IMG/VR virus record: IMGVR_UViG_3300011113_000805
Coordinates: 1-64,000 of that record
Reading direction: 5' to 3' (one strand)
DNA length: 64,000 nt
Shown here: piece by piece, positions 1 to 11,293 of the stretch
Layout of the letters: each line of letters begins with the position of its first letter
How positions within the stretch are numbered: position 1 is the first letter of the stretch
Notes under the pieces: model-generated
What the model saw: only the letters and a program-made list of their open reading frames with translations
Told to the model about the DNA's origin: nothing
Database searches by the model: none
Made by a program: the position numbers and the translations under genes

Positions 1-818
1 AGCAAGAGAGATCCATTCACGTGGAGACCTGCTGGGATGGAGGTGATGCCTGAGTAGGTGAGGTCGAGATCACCCTTCACGATCCTCTGATCTTTAGGTA
101 AGCGCTTTAGACGTTTGAGAATCATTATCGGGTCCCACTTCCCAGTTTCGAAATCGCCCATTGCCGAGCGACGGAGAGCCGACTGCTGCACGGGTCGGCC
201 CTCTCTGGCACTGACATCAGGACGATCAAGGGGTGTGAGAAGAGCTGCTCTGTCAACGGGTGTCCAGGATTTAGAATCAACCCGCTTCCACGCCATTGGG
301 ACCGCGGTCGTTGGGTCGTAAACGACGGCGACCCTACCATCATTCCTGCCCGTAAAGACGATACCCTTTACTTCGTACTGAAGTGATTCATAGACTTCCA
401 AAGCGGAATCAGAAGTGAATCTACCTGTCGGCACACTCACAGAGCGCAACGCCTCGATGACATCTTCATTGTACCCAGCTTCCTCTGCCTGTTCAGCAGG
501 TGTGAGCTGTTTCTTGTAGACTTTCAGCGCAACATCAGGGTCAAAAATAATGTACCCGTAGAGATTCACTTTCAGTTTGATGATGTGCGAACCGTAGTCA
601 CCCTTTTCCGTCTTCGTGCCCTCGAGGTCGTAGACAGTGTAGAGGCCCTTCCCGTACAATGCACCGGCACCGGCACCCGGTGTGAACTTGTCCTGCAGCA
701 GAGCGTCGATGAGAGCCTGTGGGTCAGCTCCTGTTCCATGGTAGACGACAGCCTGGGCGCCGTAGACTTCTTCCAGGAGCAGGGTTTCACGAATGAGAGA
801 ACGGAGGAGATGTGTCAT
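1..818 (-). CDS. ADP-ribosyltransferase-fold + LRR protein, paralog 1 (runs off the left edge)
   Basis: Not in the ORF track. Manual translation of both ends gives MTHLLRSLIRETLLLEEVYGAQAVVYHGTG...LYGKGLY and RLPKDQRIVKGDLDLTYSGITSIPAGLHVNGSLLL in the same frame. Constant 1178-nt offset to the paralog at 815-1996. ATGA start/stop overlap at 815-818. Confidence 0.85.
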   Translation of the reverse strand, partial: MTHLLRSLIRETLLLEEVYGAQAVVYHGTGADPQALIDALLQDKFTPGAGAGALYGKGLYTVYDLEGTKTEKGDYGSHIIKLKVNLYGYIIFDPDVALKVYKKQLTPAEQAEEAGYNEDVIEALRSVSVPTGRFTSDSALEVYESLQYEVKGIVFTGRNDGRVAVVYDPTTAVPMAWKRVDSKSWTPVDRAALLTPLDRPDVSAREGRPVQQSALRRSAMGDFETGKWDPIMILKRLKRLPKDQRIVKGDLDLTYSGITSIPAGLHVNGSLL

Positions 819-2011
819 TTTAGTTTATCCTTGAGGTGCTGAGGGACACCTGCCCAGTAATCACTATCGAAATAGTAGATTTTACTACCCACCTGGAGGT
901 CTGCTGGGAGGGAGGTGATGTCTGTGTTCCGGAGCATGAGACTGCCACCTACCTCGAGACCTGCCGGAAGGGAGGTGATACCTGTGAAGCTGAGGCCAAG
1001 ATTGCCGCCCACCTTGAGACCTGCTGGGAGCTCCTCGAGGTCTCTGTTGAAGTCGAGGTAGAGACTACCCTTCACATTGAGGCCTGTTGGAAGGGAGGTG
1101 ATGCTTGTGCGGTTGAGGTAGAGATCACCGTCCACCTTGAGACTTAATGGGAGCTCCTTGAGGCTTCTGTTGTCGGAGAGCCAGAGATCACCCTTCACAT
1201 GGAGACCTGTTGGGAGAGCGGTAATGTCCTTGTCGATGAGGGCGAGATCGCCCTTCACGATCCTCTGGTCTTTAGGCAGGCGCCATAGATGTTTGAGACT
1301 CATTATCGGGTCCCACTTCCCAGCTTCGAAGTCACCCATTGCCGAGCGACGAAGAGCCGACTGCTGAACGGGTCGACCCTCTCTATCACTGACATCAGGA
1401 CGGTCAAGGGGTGCAAGAAGAGCTGCCCTGTCAACAGGTGTCCAGGATTTGGTACCAACCTGCTTCCACGCCATTGGGACCGCTGTCGTTGGGTCGTAAA
1501 CGACCGCGACCCTGCCGTCGCGACTACCCGTGAAGACGATACCCTTTACTTCGTACTGAAGTGATCTATGGGCTTTCAAAGCGGAATCAGAAGTGAATTT
1601 GTCCGTTGGCACTTTCACAGAGCGCAACACCTTAATGACATCTTCATTGTACCCAACTTCCTCTGCCTGTTCAGCAGGTGTGAGCTGTTTCTTGTAAACT
1701 TTCAGCGCAATGTCAGGGTCAAAGATGATGTACCCATAGAGATTCACTTTCAGTTTGATGATGTACTTGCCATAGGTACCCCTTTCCGTGAGCGTGTCAT
1801 TGAGGTCATAGACGGTGTAGAGGCCCTTTCCGTACATTGCACCGGAACCGACACCTGGCATGAACTTGTCCTTCAGCAGAGCGTCGATGATAGTCTGAGG
1901 GTTAGCTCCTGTTCCGTGGTAGACAACAGCCTGAGCGCCGTAGACCTCTTCCAGGAGTAGGGTTTCACGAATGAGAGAACGGAGGAGATGTGTCATTTTA
2001 TTTTTAGTCAT
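815..2011 (-). CDS. ADP-ribosyltransferase-fold (PARP-like) + leucine-rich-repeat protein, paralog 2
   Basis: YHGT and MYGKGLY PARP-like motifs. C-terminal 21/22-aa LRRs (LPxGLxVxGxLxL...ITS). Likely start MTHLL at 1996. Confidence 0.8.
   Translation of the reverse strand: MTKNKMTHLLRSLIRETLLLEEVYGAQAVVYHGTGANPQTIIDALLKDKFMPGVGSGAMYGKGLYTVYDLNDTLTERGTYGKYIIKLKVNLYGYIIFDPDIALKVYKKQLTPAEQAEEVGYNEDVIKVLRSVKVPTDKFTSDSALKAHRSLQYEVKGIVFTGSRDGRVAVVYDPTTAVPMAWKQVGTKSWTPVDRAALLAPLDRPDVSDREGRPVQQSALRRSAMGDFEAGKWDPIMSLKHLWRLPKDQRIVKGDLALIDKDITALPTGLHVKGDLWLSDNRSLKELPLSLKVDGDLYLNRTSITSLPTGLNVKGSLYLDFNRDLEELPAGLKVGGNLGLSFTGITSLPAGLEVGGSLMLRNTDITSLPADLQVGSKIYYFDSDYWAGVPQHLKDKLK
880..1260 (-). repeat. About 6 tandem 63-66 nt LRR-coding repeats
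   Basis: Recurring gagacctg(c/t)tgggag...ggtgat and cccttcacat/ccaccttga units. Confidence 0.8.
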
Positions 2012-2068
2012 TATAAGCAGCTTTATAATAAAATTGCTAAGCTCTTTTGATTAATCAGCGGATTTTAT

Positions 2069-3766
2069 TTACCACCACCCTGGGATATTTCTTCCAAACA
2101 TCTTGGTGGCCCGGCAGGCCCAGTAGCTAGCTGAGAGTTTGTTCTTGTTTTGTGAGCAACGATGACGGTTACCAAAAGACTTGCGACGCTTCCTGTGTGA
2201 CTCTGAGTCACCCATTGCATCAGGAGCTCCGGATCCGAATGATATCCTCTTTACCTTTCCAGTATCCGGATCGCGAACATAGACGTGTGCCCGCCCGCCG
2301 GAACGCTTTGCACCTTTGGCACCAAGTGTTACTTCACGACCCTTGTACTTTGCCTCTGGTAGAAAATTATTTTCAGCACCCTCGTTCATCTTATTGAAGT
2401 TCCCAATAAATTTTCCCTTATTTCTGGGGATAAACACTTCATAATGATCCTTCGAAGTTCGAGCCATAGCTTCAGGTCTCTTCATGTTGCCCAGGTTTTT
2501 AGATTGCCAATCAAACTCATCAGGACGCAATCTACCAAAAACATACTTTCGAAGGGAGTCAGCATCAACCAAATACCACCCATTTCCTCTATCTACTTCC
2601 ATGGCACCTGGCACATCACTTATTCTTGTATAAAGAAGACCAACATATCGTGATTTCCTTAATTTTAGACTTGGCTCTTTTCCTTTTGCCCTTTTCATTG
2701 CACGATACCTGCTAGTACCATCAGAATCTACAACACCTGCATCATTTGTGGATGTAACAAGAAAAGGTTCAAAATAGGGAGCAATAAATGCCCAAACACC
2801 AAAGCGTTCTGGCGCCGAATCATTGGTTTGTTTTACGGCTGAAAATCCTCCAAGTCTTGAAAGAATAATGCCTGGCCCGCCGGTATAAGGCTTCTTGTCA
2901 GCACCTTCGTTTATCTCATTGTCATCCCACATTGGAAAGTCAAGGGGCACCCTCATTCCTTCATAGAGAGCCCACTCACCAATATCAGATTCTAGGATAT
3001 CTTGTTCGGATTCCGTTGGAATATACCCACCCTCGCGATAGAGAGCCTTAGCCTCTCGAAAGAGATCAAAAAACTCCGGTGTGCCTGGTCTCCATACAGG
3101 ATCCTCCAGACTTATCCCACGGCTAACATGGTATAGTAAACCCTCAGAGAGCCCAACCTGTGACACAGGATGTTTCCTAGTTGTTCCGGAAGCGCTTGTT
3201 AATATGTTTCCATTCTTGGATTTGTTTGTTATTCTCATGAAATTCTCATTACTTCCTTGTAACACTGACCTAAGATTGGCAGGCAAGGAAGAGGTATCAC
3301 CACGAAGTGACGCGATAGCTTCCCTTATCTTGGGAATATGCTTCTTCATCTCTTCGTTTTTCTCGGCCCTTTTCAAAATAGACTCAATAAGTTCCTTGTT
3401 CTCATCAAGCGCAATCTTAAGGAGCTTGATTGCCTCAACAATTTTTGGACCATACTTTACTGTAGTGCCGGCTGCTTTAGGAAATGTTTTCGTTGCCCAA
3501 ACAGCAAGCTTCCCACCTTTACCCACAATGTCACCGATGGCTGGAATGGCAGATATTAATGACAATGCCGCAAGAAGCCATTCACCTTTTTTGGCATAGA
3601 GCAATGCATTAATTGCATCAAAGTATTCACCAACTCCAGGAATAAGACCTGCGATGTCCAGCATAACATTGAGAACTGATGTTCCACCCTTCTCCTCGCG
3701 CAGCCGACGCCTGCTATGGCGTGCCAAGGTGTTCTGTTTCAAGATATTGTGCATTCGAACTTGCAT
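2069..3766 (-). CDS. Modular phage protein with an N-terminal pre-toxin TG-like helical region and a basic C-terminal domain
   Basis: LDIAGLIPGVGEYFDAINALLY...AIPAIGDIVGKGGK; C-terminal VYVRDP...ISFG...RRKSFGNRHRC...YWACR; blocks separated by xxE linkers. Confidence 0.55.
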   Translation of the reverse strand: MQVRMHNILKQNTLARHSRRRLREEKGGTSVLNVMLDIAGLIPGVGEYFDAINALLYAKKGEWLLAALSLISAIPAIGDIVGKGGKLAVWATKTFPKAAGTTVKYGPKIVEAIKLLKIALDENKELIESILKRAEKNEEMKKHIPKIREAIASLRGDTSSLPANLRSVLQGSNENFMRITNKSKNGNILTSASGTTRKHPVSQVGLSEGLLYHVSRGISLEDPVWRPGTPEFFDLFREAKALYREGGYIPTESEQDILESDIGEWALYEGMRVPLDFPMWDDNEINEGADKKPYTGGPGIILSRLGGFSAVKQTNDSAPERFGVWAFIAPYFEPFLVTSTNDAGVVDSDGTSRYRAMKRAKGKEPSLKLRKSRYVGLLYTRISDVPGAMEVDRGNGWYLVDADSLRKYVFGRLRPDEFDWQSKNLGNMKRPEAMARTSKDHYEVFIPRNKGKFIGNFNKMNEGAENNFLPEAKYKGREVTLGAKGAKRSGGRAHVYVRDPDTGKVKRISFGSGAPDAMGDSESHRKRRKSFGNRHRCSQNKNKLSASYWACRATKMFGRNIPGWW

Positions 3767-3778
3767 AAGATACCTTTG

Positions 3779-4546
3779 TCACTTTTTGGTGGATTTCTTG
3801 GTATTGGGCATACCAGTGGCAACGATATGTGCGGCCTGTGCGGCGGCGTAGGGCTCATCAGCCCAACTGAATGCACCTGACTTCACGGCCTTCTTGGTGG
3901 ATCCACCGCTCTTCTTAAGGGCATCCAAGGATCCCTTTGAGGCAGCATATTGCTTACCGGCATACTTTTTCTTCTTTATGCCGGCCTCGGACATTGCTCC
4001 GGATCTATTGTACTCATAAGTAAGATAATCGGCAATAACATCAATCATCTCATCAACAACGGCAATCTTCTCCTGAACCCATTCAGGAAGATCATCGGCA
4101 TCACCCACCATGTCATGCAATTGCTGCGCCTTTGAGGAGATGGAGAAGAGGTTGGATTTAATCATGCCTGCCTCCTCATGCGGATTCGAATCTTCAAATG
4201 AAAGACCGTTACCAGAGCTTACGGGATGGTACTGCATCAGTGCCTGCTGCTCCATTTCCTCACATGCGCATTCGTGAATGATTTGCCTGATCTTGGAAAG
4301 TGTCTTTGATTCAGTGATTCCAGTTCGAAATCCTGGCGCTAGCACCTTTCGACGAATGATGTCTGCATTCTTGAGAATGTTAGCGGCATCATCAACCGAG
4401 AGACCAAACTCTATGATAAGGTCACCAATCGTGAGGTTCTCAATCAGGGCCAATGAGTCCTCAGGCAAGAGTTGACCGTTATAACTTCCATGAAGTGTCT
4501 CAATAATTGAAGCCAAGGTATCAACTTTTTTCTTATCAAATGACAT
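3779..4546 (-). CDS. Hypothetical phage protein, possibly virion-internal
   Basis: 255-aa ORF with SD GGAG and an ATAGTTA motif upstream; internal LSKIRQIIHE motif and DLPEWVQEKI helical domain. Confidence 0.6.
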   Translation of the reverse strand: MSFDKKKVDTLASIIETLHGSYNGQLLPEDSLALIENLTIGDLIIEFGLSVDDAANILKNADIIRRKVLAPGFRTGITESKTLSKIRQIIHECACEEMEQQALMQYHPVSSGNGLSFEDSNPHEEAGMIKSNLFSISSKAQQLHDMVGDADDLPEWVQEKIAVVDEMIDVIADYLTYEYNRSGAMSEAGIKKKKYAGKQYAASKGSLDALKKSGGSTKKAVKSGAFSWADEPYAAAQAAHIVATGMPNTKKSTKK

Positions 4547-4562
4547 TTAGCTCTCCCAGGTT

Positions 4563-4570
4563 ATAACTAT
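4563..4570. promoter_or_regulatory. Bidirectional ATAnnTA late-promoter-like motif
   Basis: ATAACTA (+) and ATAGTTA (-) overlap in the 27-nt gap between divergent genes. Confidence 0.55.
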
Positions 4571-4573
4571 ACA

Positions 4574-5044
4574 ATGCACAGCCATTCTGACTACATTATT
4601 GCTTACATTGCTTTCGTTAGAGCAGCTTACAGCTGGTTTCACGCAGCACACCATGTCACCAGCGGAGCAGCATTTGCCGGTGATCATGAGCTCTATTCTG
4701 AAATTTACAACGATTACCTGCAGGTACTTGATGGAATCATAGAAAAGTCCGTCGGAAGCTGTGGCATTGAGACGGTTGCCGCTCCAATTCCTTCACTAGA
4801 GCTTTCTATCGCTGTATTGAAGGGGTATCCAAGTCCCGAATCAATGACATCACTAGCGATTGCTGGTGCGGCACTTCAACTTGAGCAAGACTATCTTCAG
4901 GCAACCGACGAGCTCTTTCGAACACTAGAGCAGATGGGAAGCCTTCCTTTAGGGCTTAATGATTTCTTGGCGGCCTCGGCAAACAAGCATGATACATTTG
5001 TGTACAAGCTAACTCAAAGAGTAAAGTCAGAAGTTCAGGACTGA
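4574..5044 (+). CDS. Ferritin/Dps-like four-helix protein
   Basis: HAAHH..SG..F.GDHELYSEIY...LDGIIEK...GLNDFL...H....YKL Dps-like pattern. Confidence 0.7.
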   Translation: MHSHSDYIIAYIAFVRAAYSWFHAAHHVTSGAAFAGDHELYSEIYNDYLQVLDGIIEKSVGSCGIETVAAPIPSLELSIAVLKGYPSPESMTSLAIAGAALQLEQDYLQATDELFRTLEQMGSLPLGLNDFLAASANKHDTFVYKLTQRVKSEVQD

Positions 5045-5460
5045 GACTTCCTTTTTGTTCCCATAAGCCTGTCTATAATGGGATAGACAATATCAAAATT
5101 AGACTGTGGATTTCTAAAGTGATGTTCCCTGTGGTGATCGGCAATGGAACCGCTAGCGCCTTCATGTGATCTACGGTGGCGCCACGAATACAGAAGGACA
5201 TAGGAAATCGCGCCAAGACCCATTGCCGGTATCGCAAAGACAAGAAGTGCTAATGCAAGAAACAATATTGCATTCCATCCTGGAGAGAATAGAAAACCAC
5301 CCGGGTCACGAGGCTTTTTGTGATGATACCTGTGCTGCAAGTATAGTGATCTGAAGTGAGGCCAAAGACCTAGCTTACCATGCAGCACCCATCGATGGGT
5401 AGAGTAAAAGCCGGCAGCAAGAAGAGCATGGCCTAAGAAAAAATATAAAAGATGGAACAT
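5035..5460 (-). CDS. Fatty-acid hydroxylase / sterol desaturase-like membrane protein
   Basis: His boxes HRWVLH, HRYHH, HRRSH, HHREHH; terminal NF....DRLMGT. Confidence 0.75.
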   Translation of the reverse strand: MFHLLYFFLGHALLAAGFYSTHRWVLHGKLGLWPHFRSLYLQHRYHHKKPRDPGGFLFSPGWNAILFLALALLVFAIPAMGLGAISYVLLYSWRHRRSHEGASGSIADHHREHHFRNPQSNFDIVYPIIDRLMGTKRKSQS

Positions 5461-5490
5461 GCACTCTCCTGTAGGTACATATTACATGTT

Positions 5491-7308
5491 TCACTCAACG
5501 GTAACAGATTTTGCAAGATTTCTTGGCCTATCGATATCCTTGCCAAGAATTCTTGCTGTCTCATATGCAATAAGCTGAAGTGGAACAACAGTAACTAGAG
5601 GTGTGATGAGATGATGAGCCAGGTGTGGAACCTTGATAATATGATCAGCAATGCCTGCTAATGTCCCATCACTAGAATCCGTGACAATGATAATTTTGGC
5701 ACCTCTTGCCTTTGCCTCAATGATATTGGAGAGTGTTTTCTCGAACCAGCGATCCTGTGGGATTACAGCGACAACAGGTGTCTCACAGTCTATCAAAGAG
5801 ATGGGACCATGTTTCATCTCCCCTGCAGGATATCCAAATGATGGAATGTAAGATACCTCCTTGAGTTTAAGCGCCCCTTCACATGCAACAGGGGCCGAGA
5901 CACCTCTGCCAATAAAGAAAACTTGTCGGGCACATGATATCACCTTAGCGACATCAAGGGTCCTGTAATAATCATCACTTGAGAACCACTCTTGCAATAA
6001 GAATGGTGTCTGCAGTAATGAGCTTGCAAGGTGTGATCGCTGTTCATAAGAAAGCCCTCGAGACTTGCCAAAGTATAGTGACATTAGTACTAGGGCGGTG
6101 ACTTGTGATGTGAACGCCTTTGTGGAGGCAACAGACATTTCAGGTCCTGAGTGGATATAGATGCCATTCCCACATTCACGAGCGATAGTGGATCCTACGG
6201 AATTAACTATGCCGGTCGTTAGGGCCCCACGCTCGCGAGCCATTCTCATTGCATGAATTGTATCAGCAGTTTCACCAGATTGTGTAACACCCACAAAGAG
6301 ATCGCAAAGATCTATTTGTGGTGTTCGATATCGAAGTTCGGAGGCAATCTCAGCAGATGCCCTAAGACCGGCAAGTTCCTCTAAAGCATGAACACCTACC
6401 TGTGAAGCATAGTGCGATGTTCCACAAGAAACAAGGCTAACATGGTTAAGACTTGCAATCTGCGCTGGTGTTAAGGAAATGCCGCCAAGTTTCGCTCCAT
6501 CATGCACAATCCTTCCTGCAAGGCACCTCTCCATAGAGACAGGCTGTTCCCAAATCTCCTTCAGCATAAAGTGAGGAAATTCACCCATCTCACCAAGGCT
6601 TGATGTGTCAGGGACTGTCTCAGCATGCCTCTCAACCCGACCAGCAGGAATAAAAACCTCGTATCGATCTGGCCAGATAGAGGCGATATCACCGTCCTCG
6701 AGGTAGACGATATCACGTGTGTACTGAGATATTGCGGATGGATCACTTGCAATAAATGATTCATCCTTTCCAATCCCAATAATGAGCGGTGAGCCATTTC
6801 TTGCTAGCAATAACTGCTCGCTTCCCTGCATTGCAACTGCAATGCCCCAGGTACCTCGAAGCCTCATGACTGCCTGTCTAAATGCTTCCAGAGGAGAGGC
6901 ATCACGAAGATAGTGCCTGATAAGGTGAGGAATCACCTCGGTATCAGTCTCGGAAAGAAACTTTATGCCGATTGCTTCAAGTTCATTCCGGAGAGTGGAA
7001 TAGTTCTCGATAATGCCATTGTGAACAACAGCAATTTTTTGCTTGATATCAAAGTGAGGATGTGTATTAGGAATTGTCACACCACCATGTGTTGCCCACC
7101 GTGTATGGCCAATCCCTGTTCTTCCCTTACGAGCAGGAAGTTCTGCGAGATTTTTCACCTGTCCTAATGCCTTGCTATGATGAATCTTTTCACCAGAAAC
7201 AATGGCGATTCCGGCACTGTCATACCCACGATACTCCAGTCTTCGAAGGCCCTCGAGAAGAATGGGTGATGCCTGCTTTTTGCCTGTGTAACCTACAATT
7301 CCGCACAT
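5491..7308 (-). CDS. glmS: Glutamine-fructose-6-phosphate aminotransferase
   Basis: MCGIVG start at 7308 with SD GAGG; EYRGYDSAG, GHTRWATHG, QSGETAD, C-terminal DRPRNLAKSVTVE. Confidence 0.97.
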   Translation of the reverse strand: MCGIVGYTGKKQASPILLEGLRRLEYRGYDSAGIAIVSGEKIHHSKALGQVKNLAELPARKGRTGIGHTRWATHGGVTIPNTHPHFDIKQKIAVVHNGIIENYSTLRNELEAIGIKFLSETDTEVIPHLIRHYLRDASPLEAFRQAVMRLRGTWGIAVAMQGSEQLLLARNGSPLIIGIGKDESFIASDPSAISQYTRDIVYLEDGDIASIWPDRYEVFIPAGRVERHAETVPDTSSLGEMGEFPHFMLKEIWEQPVSMERCLAGRIVHDGAKLGGISLTPAQIASLNHVSLVSCGTSHYASQVGVHALEELAGLRASAEIASELRYRTPQIDLCDLFVGVTQSGETADTIHAMRMARERGALTTGIVNSVGSTIARECGNGIYIHSGPEMSVASTKAFTSQVTALVLMSLYFGKSRGLSYEQRSHLASSLLQTPFLLQEWFSSDDYYRTLDVAKVISCARQVFFIGRGVSAPVACEGALKLKEVSYIPSFGYPAGEMKHGPISLIDCETPVVAVIPQDRWFEKTLSNIIEAKARGAKIIIVTDSSDGTLAGIADHIIKVPHLAHHLITPLVTVVPLQLIAYETARILGKDIDRPRNLAKSVTVE

Positions 7309-7344
7309 GATGTGATTATCCTCGCTTTGATTTGTTTGTTCAAT

Positions 7345-7384
7345 TAAATAACAAATGCCCAGGTTGAATATCCAACCTGGGCAT
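7345..7384 (-). terminator. Hairpin, probable intrinsic terminator
   Basis: Perfect 12-bp stem atgcccaggttg (7355-7366) / caacctgggcat (7373-7384), T-rich tail on the minus strand. Confidence 0.6.
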
Positions 7385-7402
7385 GTCTGTTGCAAATTTT
7401 AC

Positions 7403-7630
7403 TTAAACGACAATTCCATCAATCTCATCGATATAGCTGTCACACTCAGGTTCCGAATCACCCAGACGAGACTTGATCTTTACGATTCGAATTGCCGCCT
7501 TGAGAGCCTTGATGTCGATCTTGTCCTCGTACTCCTCCATTAGAGCCTTTCGATCCTCCGACAGGAGTCGCATCTCCCCCTCGAGATGGGTAAGCTTCTC
7601 GATAAACTCTTTCACTACTGACTGGGACAT
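7403..7630 (-). CDS. GapR/DUF2312-like small DNA-binding protein
   Basis: MSQSVVKEFIEKLTHLEGEMRLLSEDRKALMEEY..IDIKALKAAIRIVK; SD GAGGA before ATG 7630. Confidence 0.7.
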   Translation of the reverse strand: MSQSVVKEFIEKLTHLEGEMRLLSEDRKALMEEYEDKIDIKALKAAIRIVKIKSRLGDSEPECDSYIDEIDGIVV

Positions 7631-7826
7631 TTTTTGATTCCTCGTTTGTACTAATGATAACCCTGGGAACGCTGGGGAAGAGTGCTTCAATCTCTTCCTC
7701 AGGTGGAGGTCCAATACCCCTCCTGACAAGGTAAGCCAGGAGCTCTTCCCTGCTTTGCAAGCCGTGAAAGCCTACAAAATTCTCAAGCTTGATATGACGA
7801 CGCTCTGAAAAATTATGCCAATCCAT
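7458..7826 (-). CDS. Hypothetical protein (3' end overlaps the next gene)
   Basis: Fills the operon gap; low-complexity tail lies over the GapR-like gene. Confidence 0.5.
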   Translation of the reverse strand: MDWHNFSERRHIKLENFVGFHGLQSREELLAYLVRRGIGPPPEEEIEALFPSVPRVIISTNEESKNVPVSSERVYREAYPSRGGDATPVGGSKGSNGGVRGQDRHQGSQGGNSNRKDQVSSG

Positions 7827-7829
7827 CAA

Positions 7830-8096
7830 TTATGCCTCGATCTCTTTGTCTGTCCAGTGAGTTACGGAGACCATGAAAGCATTCACAGCCATCTGGGCAA
7901 TCTCCTCATTAAAGAGATTTGAGATCTCACTCTTTAATTTGAGCATTCTTCGTTCAGCATCAAGTGGATCACGAGTTTCTGCTAATGCCTTAACGAACAT
8001 TTCCATTAGATGGACAAGCATCTCCTCATCCCAATCAAGGGCCTCCAATAGTTCGGTGACCATATGAAGTCCTGAAGGGGTAAATGGAACTTTCAA
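7830..8096 (-). CDS. Hypothetical protein
   Basis: Operon-coupled 88-aa ORF. Confidence 0.55.
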   Translation of the reverse strand: MKVPFTPSGLHMVTELLEALDWDEEMLVHLMEMFVKALAETRDPLDAERRMLKLKSEISNLFNEEIAQMAVNAFMVSVTHWTDKEIEA

Positions 8097-8395
8097 CGCC
8101 TTGCCTTCTTGGAACGCAATTCTTCAGAGATCATCTCAACCATCGCCTCCTGAAAGCGAGGATCGGTGGCGACACGATAAGCCTCACGATCCAACTCATC
8201 ACCGGTTTTACCATGAAGAGCAACGAGAGGACGAGAAACCTTCAGTAGGCCACGAAGAAGGACATTTCGCGCAGTCGCATGATTCATCTCATCACCATCG
8301 GCGGTCATTTGCTCGGCAATCTCACGAAAGCCTAGACCAACACCGGTGACAGTGGAGTAGCCATGATTAAACTTCTGACCCTTAGGCATAGACAT
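8093..8395 (-). CDS. HTH protein resembling sigma region 4.2
   Basis: GFREIAEQM...NHATARNVLLRGLLKV; TGATG overlap with the sigma stop codon. Confidence 0.6.
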   Translation of the reverse strand: MSMPKGQKFNHGYSTVTGVGLGFREIAEQMTADGDEMNHATARNVLLRGLLKVSRPLVALHGKTGDELDREAYRVATDPRFQEAMVEMISEELRSKKARR

Positions 8396-9165
8396 CAAAC
8401 ACCTCCACAGCGAGAATCAAGTACGTCAACTTCGGCCTGACTGATAGGAAAATCCCCATCATTGTCAGGATCTTCAGAGATTCCGAACCTAAGTCGAATG
8501 ATTTTCTCCTCACGAGGACTCAGCGCCTGGAGTGCATCACGAACAATTGCAATCATGCGCTCTCGATCAATAATGTCCGTTGCGTCCTGCTGATTCTCAT
8601 CGGTCAGGGTCTCATGAAGTCGAGGACCCTCACCATCACCGCCAGGAACCTGACTGTCAAGGGAAAGAGTGCCTCGATACGTATTCATCAGAACCTGGTA
8701 CCGATCGATTGAGACACCCATAAACTCGGCAACCTCCTCATCGGAAGGCGGAGATCCAAGCTCACGGGTGTAATCTTGAATCATCATCTTTGCGCGATAG
8801 TAGAAGGCATTGGCCGACGCAGGCATCCGAATATTGCAACTTTGATCTACCAGGTGACGACGGACAGACTGCTTAATCCACCACGTGGCATAGGTGCTGA
8901 ATTTGAAGCCACGACGCCAGTCGAAACGATCCACAGCCTTCATCAGGCCAATGTTGCCCTCCTGAATAAGATCTTCGAATGAAGACCCCTTATTCATGTA
9001 TCGCTTAGCGATGGAGATTGCCAGGCGCAGGTTGGATTGAATGAAAATCTCACGAGCCTGTCGATCACCAGCCTCAATTCGCTGAGCTAGCACTGCTTCT
9101 TGTTCACGAGTAAGCAGCGGGTGATTACCAACATTTTTGAAGAAGCCTGTCAAGGTGTCGGACAT
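8395..9165 (-). CDS. RpoD/RpoS-family sigma factor, lacking region 4.2
   Basis: NLRLAISIAKRY, DLIQEGNIGLMKAVDRFD..RGFKFSTYATWWI, LSLD, LSPREEKIIRLRFG, then ends without the HTH. Confidence 0.92.
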   Translation of the reverse strand: MSDTLTGFFKNVGNHPLLTREQEAVLAQRIEAGDRQAREIFIQSNLRLAISIAKRYMNKGSSFEDLIQEGNIGLMKAVDRFDWRRGFKFSTYATWWIKQSVRRHLVDQSCNIRMPASANAFYYRAKMMIQDYTRELGSPPSDEEVAEFMGVSIDRYQVLMNTYRGTLSLDSQVPGGDGEGPRLHETLTDENQQDATDIIDRERMIAIVRDALQALSPREEKIIRLRFGISEDPDNDGDFPISQAEVDVLDSRCGGV

Positions 9166-9247
9166 TTGTTCTCCAGGATGACTTTATTGCAACCTTGCAT
9201 AGATAATATAATCACTCTGTGATCAGGAGGACACTGCAAAATTGCAA

Positions 9248-11291
<2,044 letters not shown>

Positions 11292-11293
11292 CT

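Noticed and set aside
1-2011. Diversity-generating retroelement or CRISPR array
   Set aside because: No reverse transcriptase in the window, both copies are coding, differences are not adenine-restricted, and the repeats are in-frame LRR units
7309-7402. glmS ribozyme upstream of glmS
   Set aside because: The gap is only about 94 nt with one simple hairpin, which fits a terminator better
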